DNA from: Hypanus sabinus
Lineage: Eukaryota
Length of the DNA stretch: 64,000 nucleotides
Reading direction: 5' to 3'
Assembly: GCF_030144855.1 (NCBI RefSeq)
Contig: NC_082736.1
Location: 9,920,001-9,984,000 of the forward strand
Below, piece by piece: positions 50,990 to 64,000 of this stretch. Under the pieces are notes generated by a model. That model searched no databases. It was given only the letters and a program-made list of their open reading frames with translations, and was not told the DNA's origin. Numbering within the stretch: position 1 is the stretch's first letter; each line of letters opens with the position of its first letter. The translations under genes were made by a program, and so were the position numbers.

Positions 50990-51230
50990 GCAACAGACGC
51001 AAAATGCTAGCGGAAGTCAGCAGGCCAGGCAGCATCTATGAAATAGAGTAACGAGCCGATGCTTCGGGCTGAGAATCATCACCAGGACGAGAACTGATGG
51101 AAGGGTCTCTGCCCGAAGTGTCGACTGTTTACTCTTTTCCATAAAGGCTGCCTGTCTTGCTGAGTTCCTTCAGCATTTTGTGTGTGTTGATTTGGATTTC
51201 CAGCATCAACAGATTCCCTCATGTTTGTGA
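50990..51230. mobile_element. Fold-back Penelope-derived element with two opposed hammerhead-like cores
   Basis: Imperfect inverted arms of ~95 bp centred near 51090. Confidence 0.75.
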
Positions 51231-51936
51231 TTTATGTCTAATTCTGAGGGTGTTTTCCTCAGTTATGGAGCTCTCATTCGGGGGAAAGATCCCCCTTGTC
51301 TACTGCCTGTCACATCCTGAAAGAATCTAACAGATTTCCTCATTTTCACATTGACTGCAGGGAATACAGACCCAACCCACTCACTCTCCTCTCACGTAAC
51401 CAACCCTCCATCCCTGGAACCAGCCCAGTCAGTGTGGGGAACAGTCACTGCGCTCCCTCTAATTCACGGTTATCCTTCCTGAGGAAGTGTGACCAAACCC
51501 ACTACATTCAAGGTGTGCTCTCACCAGGGCCCTATAGAATTCCAGTGAGACATCTGTACCCCTCTTCTCCACTCCTCCTGGATCACAGGCAAAATAATGT
51601 TTGCTCTCTCATTACCTGTAGTATCTGCATGTTAAATCAAGTGATTTGTTTACAACGACACCCACATCCCTCTGAACATCCCCATGTGGAAATAACTCTT
51701 ACAGTTTGTTCCTGGGAATGGGTGATCTCACATTTCCCCACATTCTGTTCCATCTGCCCCATCCTCAACCATTCACTCTCCTGTTGACATCCCCCAAATC
51801 TTCTCACAACTGACACTGTCCCTCCCGCTCTGCCACAGCCGCAGACGTAGTCACTGATATATGTAGCACAGAAACAGGCCCTTCAGCCCAACACATCCAT
51901 GCTGACCAAGTGGCCAAACAAAACCATTGTCAGTTG

Positions 51937-53100
51937 CCTGCAGAGGCAATCTGCAGTTACACTGATGGGATTATCGTATTGGCCCCCAATTACCACCAGG
52001 AGGTGCAGGAACGGAGATGTTTATGTTTATGGAGAGGTGCCGAGCAGGGTTGTCTTAGTGGGGGACTTCATTTTCCATAGAATTAATTAGATCTTTCTCA
52101 ATACTTAGATGCACAAGACTTCTTCAGTGAATCCGAGGAGTATTTGAAATATTATGTACAGAGCCCAACCAGAGAAGAGAACATACGGGAATTAGTTTAG
52201 GGAAACGAGCCAGGCCTGGTGACAGCTAAGTGTCAGTGAACATTTTGGGAACAGTAATCGCAAATTTTTTTTTGGTTATGAGTAAGAATAAAATCAGATC
52301 TTGTATGAAGGTACTGAATTGCAGTAGGGCAAGTTAGGACGGAGTAAGACAGAAGTCAAGGAGCATTGATTGGGAGCAGCCACTGTCAGACAAGTCCACA
52401 TCTGACATGCGGGAGTTTTTTAATGATCAGCAGCTCAGAGTTCAGGATCAGCATGTTCCTGTAAGGAGCAAGGACAAGGATAGTAAGGTAAGGGAACTTC
52501 ACATAAGTGGAAAGATCCTACATTGAAAGATATGGAAGGTTTATGAAGCTAAAATCAGACTGGGAAACTTTGGAATATAAAGATAGCAGAGAAATGCTAA
52601 AGGAGCTGATAGGAAAGGCCAAATGGCACCACAAACTCTACTTGCAATGTAGGACCAAAGATAATCCCAAGGCCTTTTGATTTGTATTAATAAAACAAGG
52701 CTAACCAGAGAATGGAAAGGTCTACTCAAGATTAAAGGATGAATGATGTGGATGAAGTCAGACCAAGTGGCTGAGGTACTAAATGAGTATGCTGTGTCAA
52801 TATTTACCGAGGAGAAGGAATTGAATGTCAATGAAAACAGAGTGGAGCAGGCTAATGTGCAGAGACTTGTTGAGATTAAGGAGGAGGTTGTGCTGGGACG
52901 TCTGGAAAGCAATAAGATGGATAAGACTCCAGGACTTGAAGGCATATATCCGACAATAGTGAAAGAAGCAAGTGAGCACATGGCTGGGGATTTCACAAGG
53001 ACCAGTGTGTCCTAGATCACCACATGTGAGGTCCCACAGTGCTGGTGTGTTGCAAATGTTGCAGCTTTGATCAAGAAGGTAAATAACAAGAATCCAGGAT
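51937..53100 (+). mobile_element. CR1 LINE fragment (paralog of ~20170-21000)
   Basis: KSDQVAEVLNEYAVSIFTEEKELNVNENR..DKTPGLEGIYP. Confidence 0.8.
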
Positions 53101-53740
53101 CTGCCGCTCCTTACGGACCATGTTAGAGAACCGGAGATGCAGCTCGATGATTTTCATCTGGTCAGGGAAAGTGTGGAGGGGATAGAGAGTAGCTATAGGC
53201 AGGTAGTCACTCTGGGGCCTGGGGAGACAGGTAAGTGGGTAACAGTCAGGAGAGGGTTGGGCAAGAGGTAGATGCTCATCCTCTGCACATCCAATTTATC
53301 AAGGCCTTTCACCATTTAATTTCAATTAGGTCAACACTCATTTTCCTAAATTCCAGTGAAGACAGGCCAAAAGCCAATAAACACTCTTCATATGACAAGC
53401 TGTTTAATCCTGGAATCACTTTCGAGAACATTCTTTGTAACCCATCCAGCTCATCCTTCCAGAGATAAAGGACCCAAAACAGCTCACAACAGTGAGATCG
53501 CACCAGTACTTTATACAGTACATTATTATGATTGGTGCAGATATTGTGGGCCAAAGGGCAGGTTGCCATCTGTTCCATATTGTGTACTGTGCTTTATCTA
53601 ACAGCTACTGCAGGGACATGGTTACAGAGACTTGGACTGCGAATTTGATATTCCTACATGTTTGATGTTCCACATGGAATCAGCAAAATGGAAAGGAGCA
53701 GGGTAGATTTGTTTAAAACGTGCGGGTGAAGGGGTGGATA

Positions 53741-55314
53741 CAGTGCCATCAAAAGTATTCAGTCTGCTTTGGAGGTTTTCAAGTTTATTGTTTTGGAACG
53801 TTGAATTTGGCTTTTTTGACACTGATCAACACGAAAGACTCTGTGGTGTCAAAGTGAAAACAGATCTCTTCAGAGTCATCTAAATTAATTGCAAATATAA
53901 AACACAAAATAATTCAGTGCATTAGTATTCACCTCCAATTCAGTCATTAGTTGATGCACCTTTGTCAGTAATTACAGTTCGCTCTGTGTGGATAGGTCTC
54001 TATCCACTTTGCACATCTGGACACTGAAAATTTTCTCCTTTCCATATTAGAAAACTGCTGAAGCTTTGTCAGTTTGCACGCGGTTCATGATCGAACAGAC
54101 CTTTTCAAGTCCAGCCACAAATTCTCAATTGGACTATGATTTGGCCACTCCTGGACATTAACTTTGTTTTGAGGCATTCCTGTGTAGCTTTGTTTTTATG
54201 CTTATGGTGATTGTCTTGCTGGAAAATAAACCTTCTAACTCAGAGATCACTTGCAGGCTGCATTAGGTTTTCCTCCAGGATTTCCCTGCATTTTGCTGCA
54301 TTTATTTTATCATCTAATTTTATGAGCCTTCCAGGACATGCTGTAGTGAAGCATTCCTACAGCATGATGCAGCCTCCAATGTACTTTGCGGTAGGGATGG
54401 TGTGTTTTTGATGATGTGCAGTGTTTGGCTTATACCAGAATTGGTGATTAGTCAGATAGCCAAAAAGTTGAACACTGGTTTCATCAGACCATGGGACCTT
54501 TATCCAGCTGGTTTCAGAGTCCCCCCTCAAGGTTTCTGACAAACTCCAGGTGAAATTTCATGAGAGTTTTTTTTTTCCATCAGTGGCTTTCTCTTTGTCA
54601 CTCTCATATAAAGTTGTGACAGTGAAACACCCAGGCAACAGTTGCTGTATGTTCAGTCTCTCCCATCTCAGCCACTGCGGCCTGTAACTTCTCCAGAGTT
54701 GTCACAGGTCGCTTGGTGGACTCCCTTACTGGCCCCTTCTTGCACAGTCACTCAGTTTTTGAGGATGTCTTGCTCTTGGCAGATTTACAGCTCTGCCATG
54801 TTCTTTCTATTTCTGTACTCCAAGGGTATTCAGTGACTTGAATTTTTTATACATCTCCTGAATTGTGTTTTTCAATAACCGTTTTTCAGAGGTTGTTTGG
54901 AGTGTTAATCTGACTTCATGGTGTAATTTCTCCCAGGATACTGACACACCAGCAGCTGGACCTTCCAGATATTGGTGTATTTTTACTACAATCAATTGAA
55001 ACACCTTGACTGCACACGGTGATCTCCACTTAGCTGATTATGCAATTCCTAAAACCAATTGACTGGACCAGTATTGATCTGGTGAGTCATATTAAAGCGG
55101 GTGAATACGTAGACAGGCAAATATTTTGTGTTTTTTTTTATCTGCAATTAAATTTGAGCACTTTGTAAAGATCTGTTTTCACTTTGACAAAAAAAGTCTT
55201 TTTTTCCATTCATTAGTATCATAACAACCCAAATTCAATGCACAGTGTTTCAATACTGCAAAATAATAAAACATGAAAACTTTCAAGAGGCATGAATACT
55301 TTTCATAGGCACCT
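53741..55314 (-). mobile_element. Tc1/mariner DNA transposon, defective, long inverted repeats
   Basis: TA-CAGTGCCATCAAAAGTATTCA start, ..TGAATACTTTTCATAGGCAC end; minus-strand KVPWSDETSVQLFG..GGCIML. Confidence 0.92.
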
Positions 55315-55539
55315 TACATGTGGGGATAGTGATTGGGAAAGGGGGAAGGGAAAGTAGACATGTGGAGGATATCAAAGAGAGATGAGAATAGAATTGTGAT
55401 TGTTATGAGAGACTTAATCAGAAGCAGATTGGGATACCACTGCACTGAGTACCTTTGCTCTGTGAGCTGCAACAACCATGACCTGCCAGTGGCAACCTAT
55501 TCTAGTTCTGTTTCCTATTCCCATACCCACATATCGGTG

Positions 55540-56020
55540 CCTTACAGCTGTCTTAACCGGTGCCAGGGTGGTAATGGGGTCAAGCTGGCACTTTCTATCA
55601 AATGCTGCCTCAAAATGCATCTGTCAACCAAATCCAGCTCCTGGCTTTTACATATGGCTTAGCTACTAAGCCCGATGGAACTGTTTCTAGTGTCAGCGGA
55701 AGGTGCAAATGTGTTACTGGGATCATATAACCAACTGCTTAGGGCAGATGGGGCTTGTCACCCACAGTTGGCAGCTCATCCAGTGGAAGGAAAATTCTGA
55801 TCCCAGACCCCCACTGGCTTGAGGCTGGACCCATTCAAGGGGAAGGTATTGGGAGTAAACTCCGAGGAAAAATCCAGAACTGGATTCCCTGTCAGTCCGA
55901 TGTTCAATGCAGACGGGCAATCCTGTGACACAGCCGGTGCCTGACTGCATTGGTCTTTGTTGTTGCGATGGATTCATCAGCTGCGTGGAGAGAAGGAGCC
56001 CCTGCATGGGCAACAGCTTG
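55540..56020 (+). mobile_element. RTE-like LINE 5' region
   Basis: Paralog of 17060-17540. Confidence 0.45.
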
Positions 56021-58889
56021 CTTTACGTATTCTACTACCCTGGCTTGCATATTGACTTTCACAGTGAGGGCAGAATATCCATGGTCGACCCTGACCAGTG
56101 GAGGGCCATCACCAACATGTCTGTCCATGGCTTCCTCTCCTACTACAATGAGGCCAACTACAGGTTGAATGAGCAACGCCTCACATTCCGACTGTGTCGC
56201 CTCCAATCTCAAAGTCATGAACATTGATTTCTTCAAATTCAGGAAATCACTATCCTCTGTTTCTTGCCACACTCCACCTCAGTGCATTTTGCACTTAATG
56301 TCAGTAAGACAAAAGACCTGACTGAAGGATGGGTAAGGCTAAGGAACATGAACCAGTCCGCAGAGGGATCAGAAGTGGAGTGAGGGAACAATTTTGAGTT
56401 CCTGGGTGTCAATATCTCTGAGGATCTAACCTGGTCGCAACATATCGATGCAGCAACAATATAAAGAGAGCAAGACAGTGGAGATATTTCATCAGGAGTT
56501 TGAGGATATTTGGTTTGTCACTTTAAAACACTCAAAACCTGATACAGATGTATTTGATATATTATTTTTTACTTCTGTTTCTGCACTATATTTAATCTAC
56601 ATAATATCCATATACACACACATTCTATAATTTACTTATTCTTTCTATATTATCACGTCCTGCATTGAACTGCTGCTGCTAAATTAACAAATTTCCTGAC
56701 ACCAACCGGTGGTAATAAACCTGATTCTGGTTCTGACTCTGAATTCATCCCCACAGACGGATGTGGCCAAATCATTGGGTATATTGAATGATGAGGTTCT
56801 TGATTGTGGGAGCAGGGTAAGAGTGTTCGAGAGGGTTAAGAGATCTGTCATGATCTCTTATTCCAGGCAGAATGGGGCAGCAGACAGGATGGGCCAAATG
56901 GCCTAATTCTGCTCCTGTGTCTTATGGTCCAGGAGCAGCTGCAGGACATTTCAAAGGGAAGGTTGAGCAGCCGGACATTGTGGTGGATGGTGCATGTTGG
57001 TTATAGCAACGTAGGGAGGAGGAGGAATGTGGTCCTGTGCAGTGAATTTAGAGAAATAAGACAGAAACTGAAAAGTAGTCTCTATATTACTCCCAGTGAC
57101 ACTTGTTAGCGCATGGAGATACAGACAGATACCACTGATGAATGTGTGCCTGATGAGCTGGTGCAGGGGACAAAGATTCAGATTCATGGATCAATGGGGA
57201 TAACTACTAGGAATGATTGACAGAAACTGTTCACTCCCTAGGGTCTTCATGGGAAGGAACAGTTTTCTCCCTCCTAAAACTGCAGGGAATAGTTTTAACG
57301 TGACAGGTTGGAGGTTTAAAGAGAACCTGAAGGGTGAGGTGATGGAAGTGGATAAAATTATGTGAGACATACAGAGGTGAGAGAGACAGAGACAGTTTCT
57401 CTTGATATGGGTGTAAAACTAAAGGTAATAGTTTTAATGTGAGAGGTCGGAAATTTAAAGGGAATTTGAAGGGTAAGTATTTCACAGTGAGGTATTCCAA
57501 GTGAGCCATCAGAGGAGGTGTTGGATGCAGAAACACACAGTCTCTGGTCATGAACACTTCTCAGGAACCTGTCATTACTGTGTTCAATCTGCCCTGGTTG
57601 ATCTTCCAGGTGTTGAGTCCATTGTTGTTTTCCATCTGTATTAACGATCTCGATGAGAACGTGGTAAACTGGATCAGCAAGTTTGCAGATGACACCAAGT
57701 TTAGGGGTGTGATGGACAGCAAAGGCAGCTAGAAAATCTTGATATCAGATGTGGAGCAGGTGGCAAAATGAAATTGGTTATAATCTTGAACACACTGCCT
57801 GAGGAGGTGGTGTAGGCTGGTATTTAATGACCATCTGGATGAGCATTTGAATCACCAGGACAGGGTAGAAGACAGACCCAAGGCTGAGTTAGTGGAGGCA
57901 GATTCTCAATGGTCAGTATAGATATGCAGAATCCACTGAAAGTGCAGTGGGAACCTGGAACACAGACTTCAGGATGGACTTACCTAAAACACTCAGAACC
58001 CAGGACGAGGGACAATACTTTTGTTACTGAACAAAAGTATTAATGGTCACACAGTAAACCAAAACCCTCAAAAGGTGACTAAAATGCTCCCATTCCCTGT
58101 GCACCAGTAACAGTGCTTTATATAGGAAATTGGTGAAGTCCTCTGGATAATATTAGGAGAGATGGCTGACAGCTTCATCACAGTGTGAGGGTACAGATAT
58201 CTTCTCAGAGGATAAGGGGTTTACTGGAACAGGCTCATAGCTGAGAATGAAGGTAACAAACCCATTGCAGTGGAGGACTGCTGCCGTCAGGGTTGTACAG
58301 GATAGAAACAAACCCTCTGGCCCATCACATTTATCCTCCTCATCACGCACAGCTATACTAATCCCACTTTCCTGCATTAATTTCATATCCCTCCAAGCCT
58401 TGCTCACTGAAGTACCTGTGCATCTGTCTCTTATACTGTTACACAGTTCCCTGTATGTGGCATCAGAGGTAGACAGGGTTGTGTGTTGTACTTGCCTTAT
58501 CAGCCAAAGAACTGCCTCTCATTGGAATTGTACAAAACGGTTTAAATACAGATTTGAAGGGGATCTGAAGGGTATTTATTTCACACAGAGAACAGCTGGA
58601 ATCTTGAATTAACTCCCAAAATAGAGTCAGTGATTTATACAGAACTGAAACCGTCCCTTCGGTAAAACTCATCCACGCCGACCAAGTTGTCGATCTGAAC
58701 TCGTCCCATCCGCCTGCATTAGGCCCGTGTCCCTCTCAACCTTTCCTATCCATGTAACTGTGCAAATATGGTTTAAATATTGTACCTGAGGCAGAGAGCC
58801 GGTGCGATGAGGCGCTGACAGACACTCACTGTTCCGTGGGCAGGAAGAGGAGAGGCCGATTCCCACAGTGGAGCCGAAACCCCAACAAA

Positions 58890-59045
58890 TAGAGTCCGAC
58901 TCCATATACGGACTTTTCGCCCCGTCCCCGCCCTGGACTGTTTCCAGGGAAACAACGTCGTTGACGATGTGACGTCAGCTCGTTGTGTTCGGTGAAGATT
59001 GAATCACGTGACTGGGTGGGGCAAAAGGAGCTGTCAATCAGTGCA
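58890..59045 (-). promoter_or_regulatory. CpG-rich promoter upstream of a candidate first exon
   Basis: GC box CCCCGCCC, X-box GTTTCCAGGGAAAC 58940-58953, CRE TGACGTCA 58970-58977, E-box TCACGTGA 59004-59011, CTGTCAATCA 59031-59040; donor GTGAGT on the minus strand at ~58825-58830. Confidence 0.65.
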
Positions 59046-59646
59046 GCCACAAGAAAACATGTGAGAATTGTAAATAGAATCGGTATGGGATGTGGGGGCG
59101 GGGGGGGGGGGGGGGTTGGATTTCCAGGAACGGCAATAGACGACGACAAGCAACCAAACAATGCGGCGCGGCCATTACTTCATTAGCCTCATTCCCTGCA
59201 AGGATGTTTGTGTCACTCCAGTGTACAGTGGGCAAGGGGGTTTATACTCCCGCTGATGTTGAAACTTGTTTAAATTTCTTACTGGGTGCAATGTGTGGAG
59301 TGATGATCCAAAGAACAGCTGCCTCCTATCTTTCAGCAGTCCTCTTCAGATAGATGATGACAGGGTCACTGTGGAGAGCCGAATTTTCTATGCAATTCAA
59401 CAGCAGCCACAATCCATGTTTTCCTTTGCAAAACAAAAGGGATGCGGAGAGCGTGGAAGTTACAGCAAGTCAAGTGAATGTAGAATTTGGCAAGGAAAGT
59501 TTACAGAGAATGTCAGACAACCCAGACAAGAATGGTCTTTGAGAGCTTAGTGTCCCTGTGCACAGCAGGGGACTGGAGCCATTTTGAGCACCAAAACAAG
59601 ATGAGGATGCACACGAGGAGTTCCAGTCTGACAGTTAACGTTGGTT

Positions 59647-59784
59647 ACAAGCAAGAGAAATGTGCAGATGCTGGAAATCCGAGCAACACCCACAAAATGA
59701 TAAAGGAACTTAGCAGACCAGGAAATATCAATGGAAAAGAGTAAACAGTCGACGTTTCGGACCGGCACCCTTGAGCAGGACTGA
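59647..59784 (-). mobile_element. Penelope-derived tail with hammerhead-like fold
   Basis: Minus strand CAGTC-CTGCTCA-AGGGTGCCGGTCC-GAAACGTC-GACTG. Confidence 0.7.
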
Positions 59785-60120
59785 TATTGGTCCTTTAACT
59801 TACTTACACCTCGGTGGGACTCGGTGGGAGTTTATAGCTGGCAACAAAGCCCCGGTTTAATGTGCTCGGAGTGATGGAATCTATCACAGAGTTTAACAAC
59901 GAACGGTGATGAGATACAGATTCTCAGGGGACAGATGAGGAAAGAGAGTGAACGCCCCTTTCTTCTCGGAAGACTCTACCGTCCTGGGCTCACAGCAGCC
60001 TGAGTTATTCCACCTTCCCAATGCCCAATGAATTGATCGCGTAAACACAAGTTCTTTGTCCGCTTTTATTTGTCCTATTAAGACAATATTCTTCTTGAAG
60101 AATGCTGCAAAAGTTTTACT

Positions 60121-60192
60121 TCTCCCGTCGGGGAATTGAACCCCGGTCTCCCGCGTGACAGGCGGGGATACTAACCACTATACTAACAAAGA
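60121..60192 (-). tRNA. tRNA-Asp(GTC), variant or pseudogene
   Basis: TCTTTGTTAGTATAGTGGTTAGTATCCCCGCCTGTCACGCGGGAGACCGGGGTTCAATTCCCCGACGGGAGA; A and B boxes present, TTTT terminator 8 nt downstream, weak acceptor stem. Confidence 0.9.
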
Positions 60193-61629
60193 ACTGCAAA
60201 TGAAACCTCTTGGCATAAGTATTCAAGAGTACACGAAGATAAATAGATTTGTCTTGCTGTTTATTGATTGTAATACTGGAGCCTTTCACTCGTGTCCTTC
60301 CCACAACACTGTCTCAGTTTTCTCGCTATCTCGCTATTATCGCTATTTCTCCAGCGATATGGTCACTTTTTTGTGTTCAACGACTAGTGAAACGTACCGT
60401 TCTCATTCGAGCCCAACTCCGTGTTGTTGCAAAGATCATTTTTAATCACAGTATATATATCAGATTTTGTTATGGTTCAGCAGGGAAACGATTTGTAGCT
60501 CATCGAATCCACTTCAACCAAACACTTCACTGAAAAATGTGTATATCCGGGCGGACGGAGAACGGCGACCTAAACTGGATATATCAGGAACTGCAGCAGA
60601 GTGATGCATCAGAGTCACCAGAGTTTGAAACCAGTCCCAGCCACGGTCATACACTACTGGAGACGGTTCAGGACCCGAGTCCCCCGCAGAATAATAGAAC
60701 GATTGTGATATAATGCTGAACATAGCTGTCTTCCAGGTAATTGACGCAGATTCGATTTCCGACGATCGTAGTTGGTAGACTTTTGATCTTCTTCCATCGA
60801 AACTGTCAGATGTAAACCACTCACAGAATCCAATCCGTGCAGACTTCTAGCGTCCGGGTGCTCTAACCCTGCCAACTGGCGTACGAACTCCCGAAATTAT
60901 TTAAATATCTGAGTGGGTGTAAAATTACTGTTCACCCTAGGCTGGCCGGTGGATCATGGATGGATTTGCTGTCCCTCACATTTTCCCCGGTGAACCGATC
61001 AATACAGCTCCCTGTTCTCACTCCAATCCAGGTTCCCACAACAAACCAGGACACATCAAAACGTGTCGGATGATGTGTTCACACTGAGTGGGTCAGTCTA
61101 CTCACCACCCACTCTGTGTAATTATACCCTGTGGCATCTCTCTCCTCATTCCCCGGCCCCATCATTACGACATGATAGATAGGTATCTTATGGATAGGGG
61201 AATCAAGGGATATGGGGACAAGGAAGGAACCGGGTATTGATAGTAGATGATCAGCCATGATCTCAAAATGGCGGTGCAGGCTCGAAGGGCCGAATGGTCA
61301 ACTTCTGCACCTATTGTCTATTGACATCTGCAGAGTTCCTCATGTTTGCTCAATAAATTTAACATTTTATTCTGATTAACAAGTATAATATGGAATCAAA
61401 GTATCATGCAACCCTGACACAGGCCTTTCGGCCCACAGTGTCCATGTTGACAATCAACTACCGATCACACCAGAAAAGAGCTCGCTTACCAGCTATTGCC
61501 TCCAGTATCTTGAGGATTCCAGTGCTCGTCCGGACAATTCTCTAATATTGTGAGTGTACCTGCCTCCACCAGTCACTCAGCATGGGTTCCAGTTTCCAAA
61601 CACCATCCGCATGAAGTTCTTCATCCGAT

Positions 61630-62735
61630 AAAAGAGAGTTGAGGGTATATATAGGACCAATACAACATGACGCTGGAGATATATTAATGTGAGATGCAGA
61701 GATGGCAGAGGAACTGAATGAGTATTTTGCATCATTCTTCACAGCGGAAGTCAGCTGCAGTATACCGGCCATTCTAGAGTGTCAATGAAGTGAAGTATGT
61801 GTAGTGGAAATTACGACCGAGAAGGTGCTCGGTATGCTTAGTGGTCTGATGGTGGATGAATCTCCTCGACCTGATGGAATGCAACCTCGGGTTCTGGAGG
61901 AAGTACCTGGAGAGATTGTGGAGGTATTAACAATGATCTTTCAAGACTTGATAAATTCTGGCATTGTCCTGGATGACTGGAACATTGCAAATGTTACTCT
62001 CCTATTTAAGAAGGGCACGAGGCAGCAGGATGCAAGCTAGAGACCAATTTGCGTGACATCAGTGGTTGGAAAGTTGTTGGAGTCGATAGTTAGGGATGAT
62101 ATTCCGGAGTAGCTGGAGAAACATGATAAGATAGGCCAAAGCCAGCATGGCTTCCTGAAAGGAAAATGCTGCCTGGCTAACTTACTGCAATTCTTCGAGG
62201 AAATTACAAGCAGGGTAACAAAGGGGATGCAGTGGATGTGGTGCCCTTGGATTTTCAGAAGGCATTTGACGAGGTGCTGCACAGGAGACTGTTCAGACAG
62301 ATAAGGGCCCTGAAATAACAGGCAGGTAACTAGCATGGGGGGAGCATTGCTTGTTCGGCAGAGAGCAGAGAGTGGAATAAATGCATACTATTCTGGCTGG
62401 CTGCCCGTTACTGTTGGTGTTCCACAGGGTTCGGTGTTGGAACAGTTGCTTCTTATGATGTATGTCCATGACTTGGACTATGGGATTAATCAATTAATGT
62501 CTAAATCTGCCGATAATACAAAGATAGGTGAAGGAGTCGGTGGTGTTGAGAATACAGAGACCCTGCAGAGAGACTTAGATAGTTTAAAGGAATGGGCAAA
62601 GAAGTGGCAAATGAAATAACATATTGGAAAGGGTATGGTCATGCACATTGGTGGAAGAAATAGACGGACAGAATACTATTTAGCTGGTGAGATAATTCAA
62701 AGATGCAGGGATGCACAGGGAATTTAGGAGCCCTT
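61630..62735 (+). mobile_element. CR1 LINE RT fragment
   Basis: SPRPDGMQPRVLEE, WNIANVTLLFKKG, GVPQGSVL, KSADNTKIG. Confidence 0.88.
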
Positions 62736-62749
62736 GTTCAGGATACCCT

Positions 62750-64000
62750 GCCGCCACCATCGTCCCCGTGCCGAAGAAGTCTTCAGTGTCTTGCCTAAAT
62801 AACAACGTCCCGTTGCACTCACATCCATGATCATGAAGTGTTGCGAGAGGCTCGTCATGAGGCATATCAAGACCCTGCGAGCCCCATCACTGGACCCACT
62901 GCAGTTTGCGTACCGTCCGAACCTCTCAACAGACGATGACATTGCCAATCAACCCTCCACCTGGCCCTAACCCACCTGGACTAAAAAGGCACATATGGTC
63001 AGATGCTGTTCTTAGACTTCAGCATTGAACACAATCATCCCTCAGAAAATGGAAAGCTGAGCCTACTGGGCCTGAAAACCTCCCTCTGCAACTGGATCCT
63101 AGACTTCCTGGCTAGGAGACGTCAATAAGTCCGGATCGGGAGCAGCATCTCCAACACCATCACACTGAGCACGGGGCCCCCCAGGGCTGTGTGCTCAGTC
63201 CACTGCTGTTCACTCTGCTGACCCACGACTGTGCAGCAACGCACAGCTCGAACCATATCAACAAGTTCGCCGATGACACGACCGTGGTAGGTCTCATCAG
63301 CAAGAATGACGTGCCAGCTTACAGAGAGGAGGTGCAGAGTATAATGGACTGGTGCAGAGCAAACAACCTGTCTCTGAATGTGCACAGAACAAAAGAAATG
63401 GTTGATGACTTCAGGAGAGCATGGAGCGACCACTGCCCGCTGAACATTGATGGTTCCTCTGTAGAGATCGTTAAGAGCACCAAATTTCTTGGTGTTCACC
63501 TGGCGGAGAATCTCACCTGGTCCCTCAACACCAGCTCCATAGCAAAGAAAGCCCAACAGCATCTCTACTTTCTGCGAAGGCTGAGGAAAGTCCATTTCCC
63601 ACACCCCGTCCTCATCACATTCTACAGGGGTTGTATTGAGAGCATCCTGAGCAGCTGCATCCCCGCCTGGTTCGGAAATTGCACCATCTCGGATCTCAAG
63701 ACCCTGCAGCGGATAGTGAGGTCAGGTGAGAAGATCATCGGGGTTTCTCTTCCCGTCATCGCGGACATTTACACTACACGCTTCATCCACAAAGGAAACA
63801 GGAATATGAAGGACCCCTCGCACCCCTCATACAAACACTTCTCCCTCCTGCCGTCTAGGAAAAGGCGCCGAAGCATTCGGGCTCTCACGACCAGACTATA
63901 TTCTTCCCCCAATCTGTCAGACTCCTCAATACTCAGAGCCTGGACTGACACCTTACTGCCCTATTGTCCTGTTCATTATTTATTGTTATGCCTGCACTCT
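62750..64000 (+). mobile_element. Rex1/Babar-like LINE RT region and start of 3' tail (frameshifted)
   Basis: [63 protein letters not shown]. Confidence 0.9.

Larger units (their letters stand above)
51937..58882 (-). repeat. Right arm of inverted segmental duplication
   Basis: Mirror of 962-21000; lacks the Gypsy element and the ~7.55-16.85 kb block. Confidence 0.9.

Noticed and set aside
60820-60890. Possible second degenerate tRNA on the minus strand
   Set aside because: Only a loose A-box resemblance; no proper B box or cloverleaf
63910-64000. Similarity between the window end and the window start suggesting a 64-kb tandem unit
   Set aside because: Both are tails of the same LINE family and are clearly diverged

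Overview
Vertebrate, repeat-rich genomic DNA; the repeat complement suggests a cartilaginous fish, probably a ray (inferred, not shown). The core is a partly decayed replication-dependent histone cluster at about 22-49.6 kb. H4 (+), H1 (-) and H2A (-) have intact reading frames. H3 is a frameshifted pseudogene, one H2B is 5'-truncated, a second H2B has lost its stop codon, and there is an orphan H2A-type promoter. All six genes keep the 3' stem-loop. The cluster lies between the two arms of an inverted segmental duplication (about 962-21000 versus 51937-58882), which carries the same Tc1 transposon, the same LINE fragments and candidate spliced exons in mirror order. The left arm additionally carries a young but defective CsRn1-clade Ty3/Gypsy element (1623-5799) with 215-bp LTRs, a GTGT target-site duplication (TSD), a tRNA-Trp primer-binding site (PBS) and an intact-looking -1 frameshift signal. 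The rest is mostly CR1, Rex1/Babar-like, Nimb/I-like and RTE-like LINE debris plus many Penelope-like fragments. The Penelope tails carry a minimal type I hammerhead-ribozyme motif and often form fold-back pairs. Also present: a degenerate C2H2 zinc-finger exon, a 45-bp minisatellite, an LTR-like element with a perfect 30-bp hairpin, a variant tRNA-Asp, and a promoter-like module (X-box, CRE, PBX/PKNOX site) occurring three times. Boundaries of old repeats are approximate and were read by eye.
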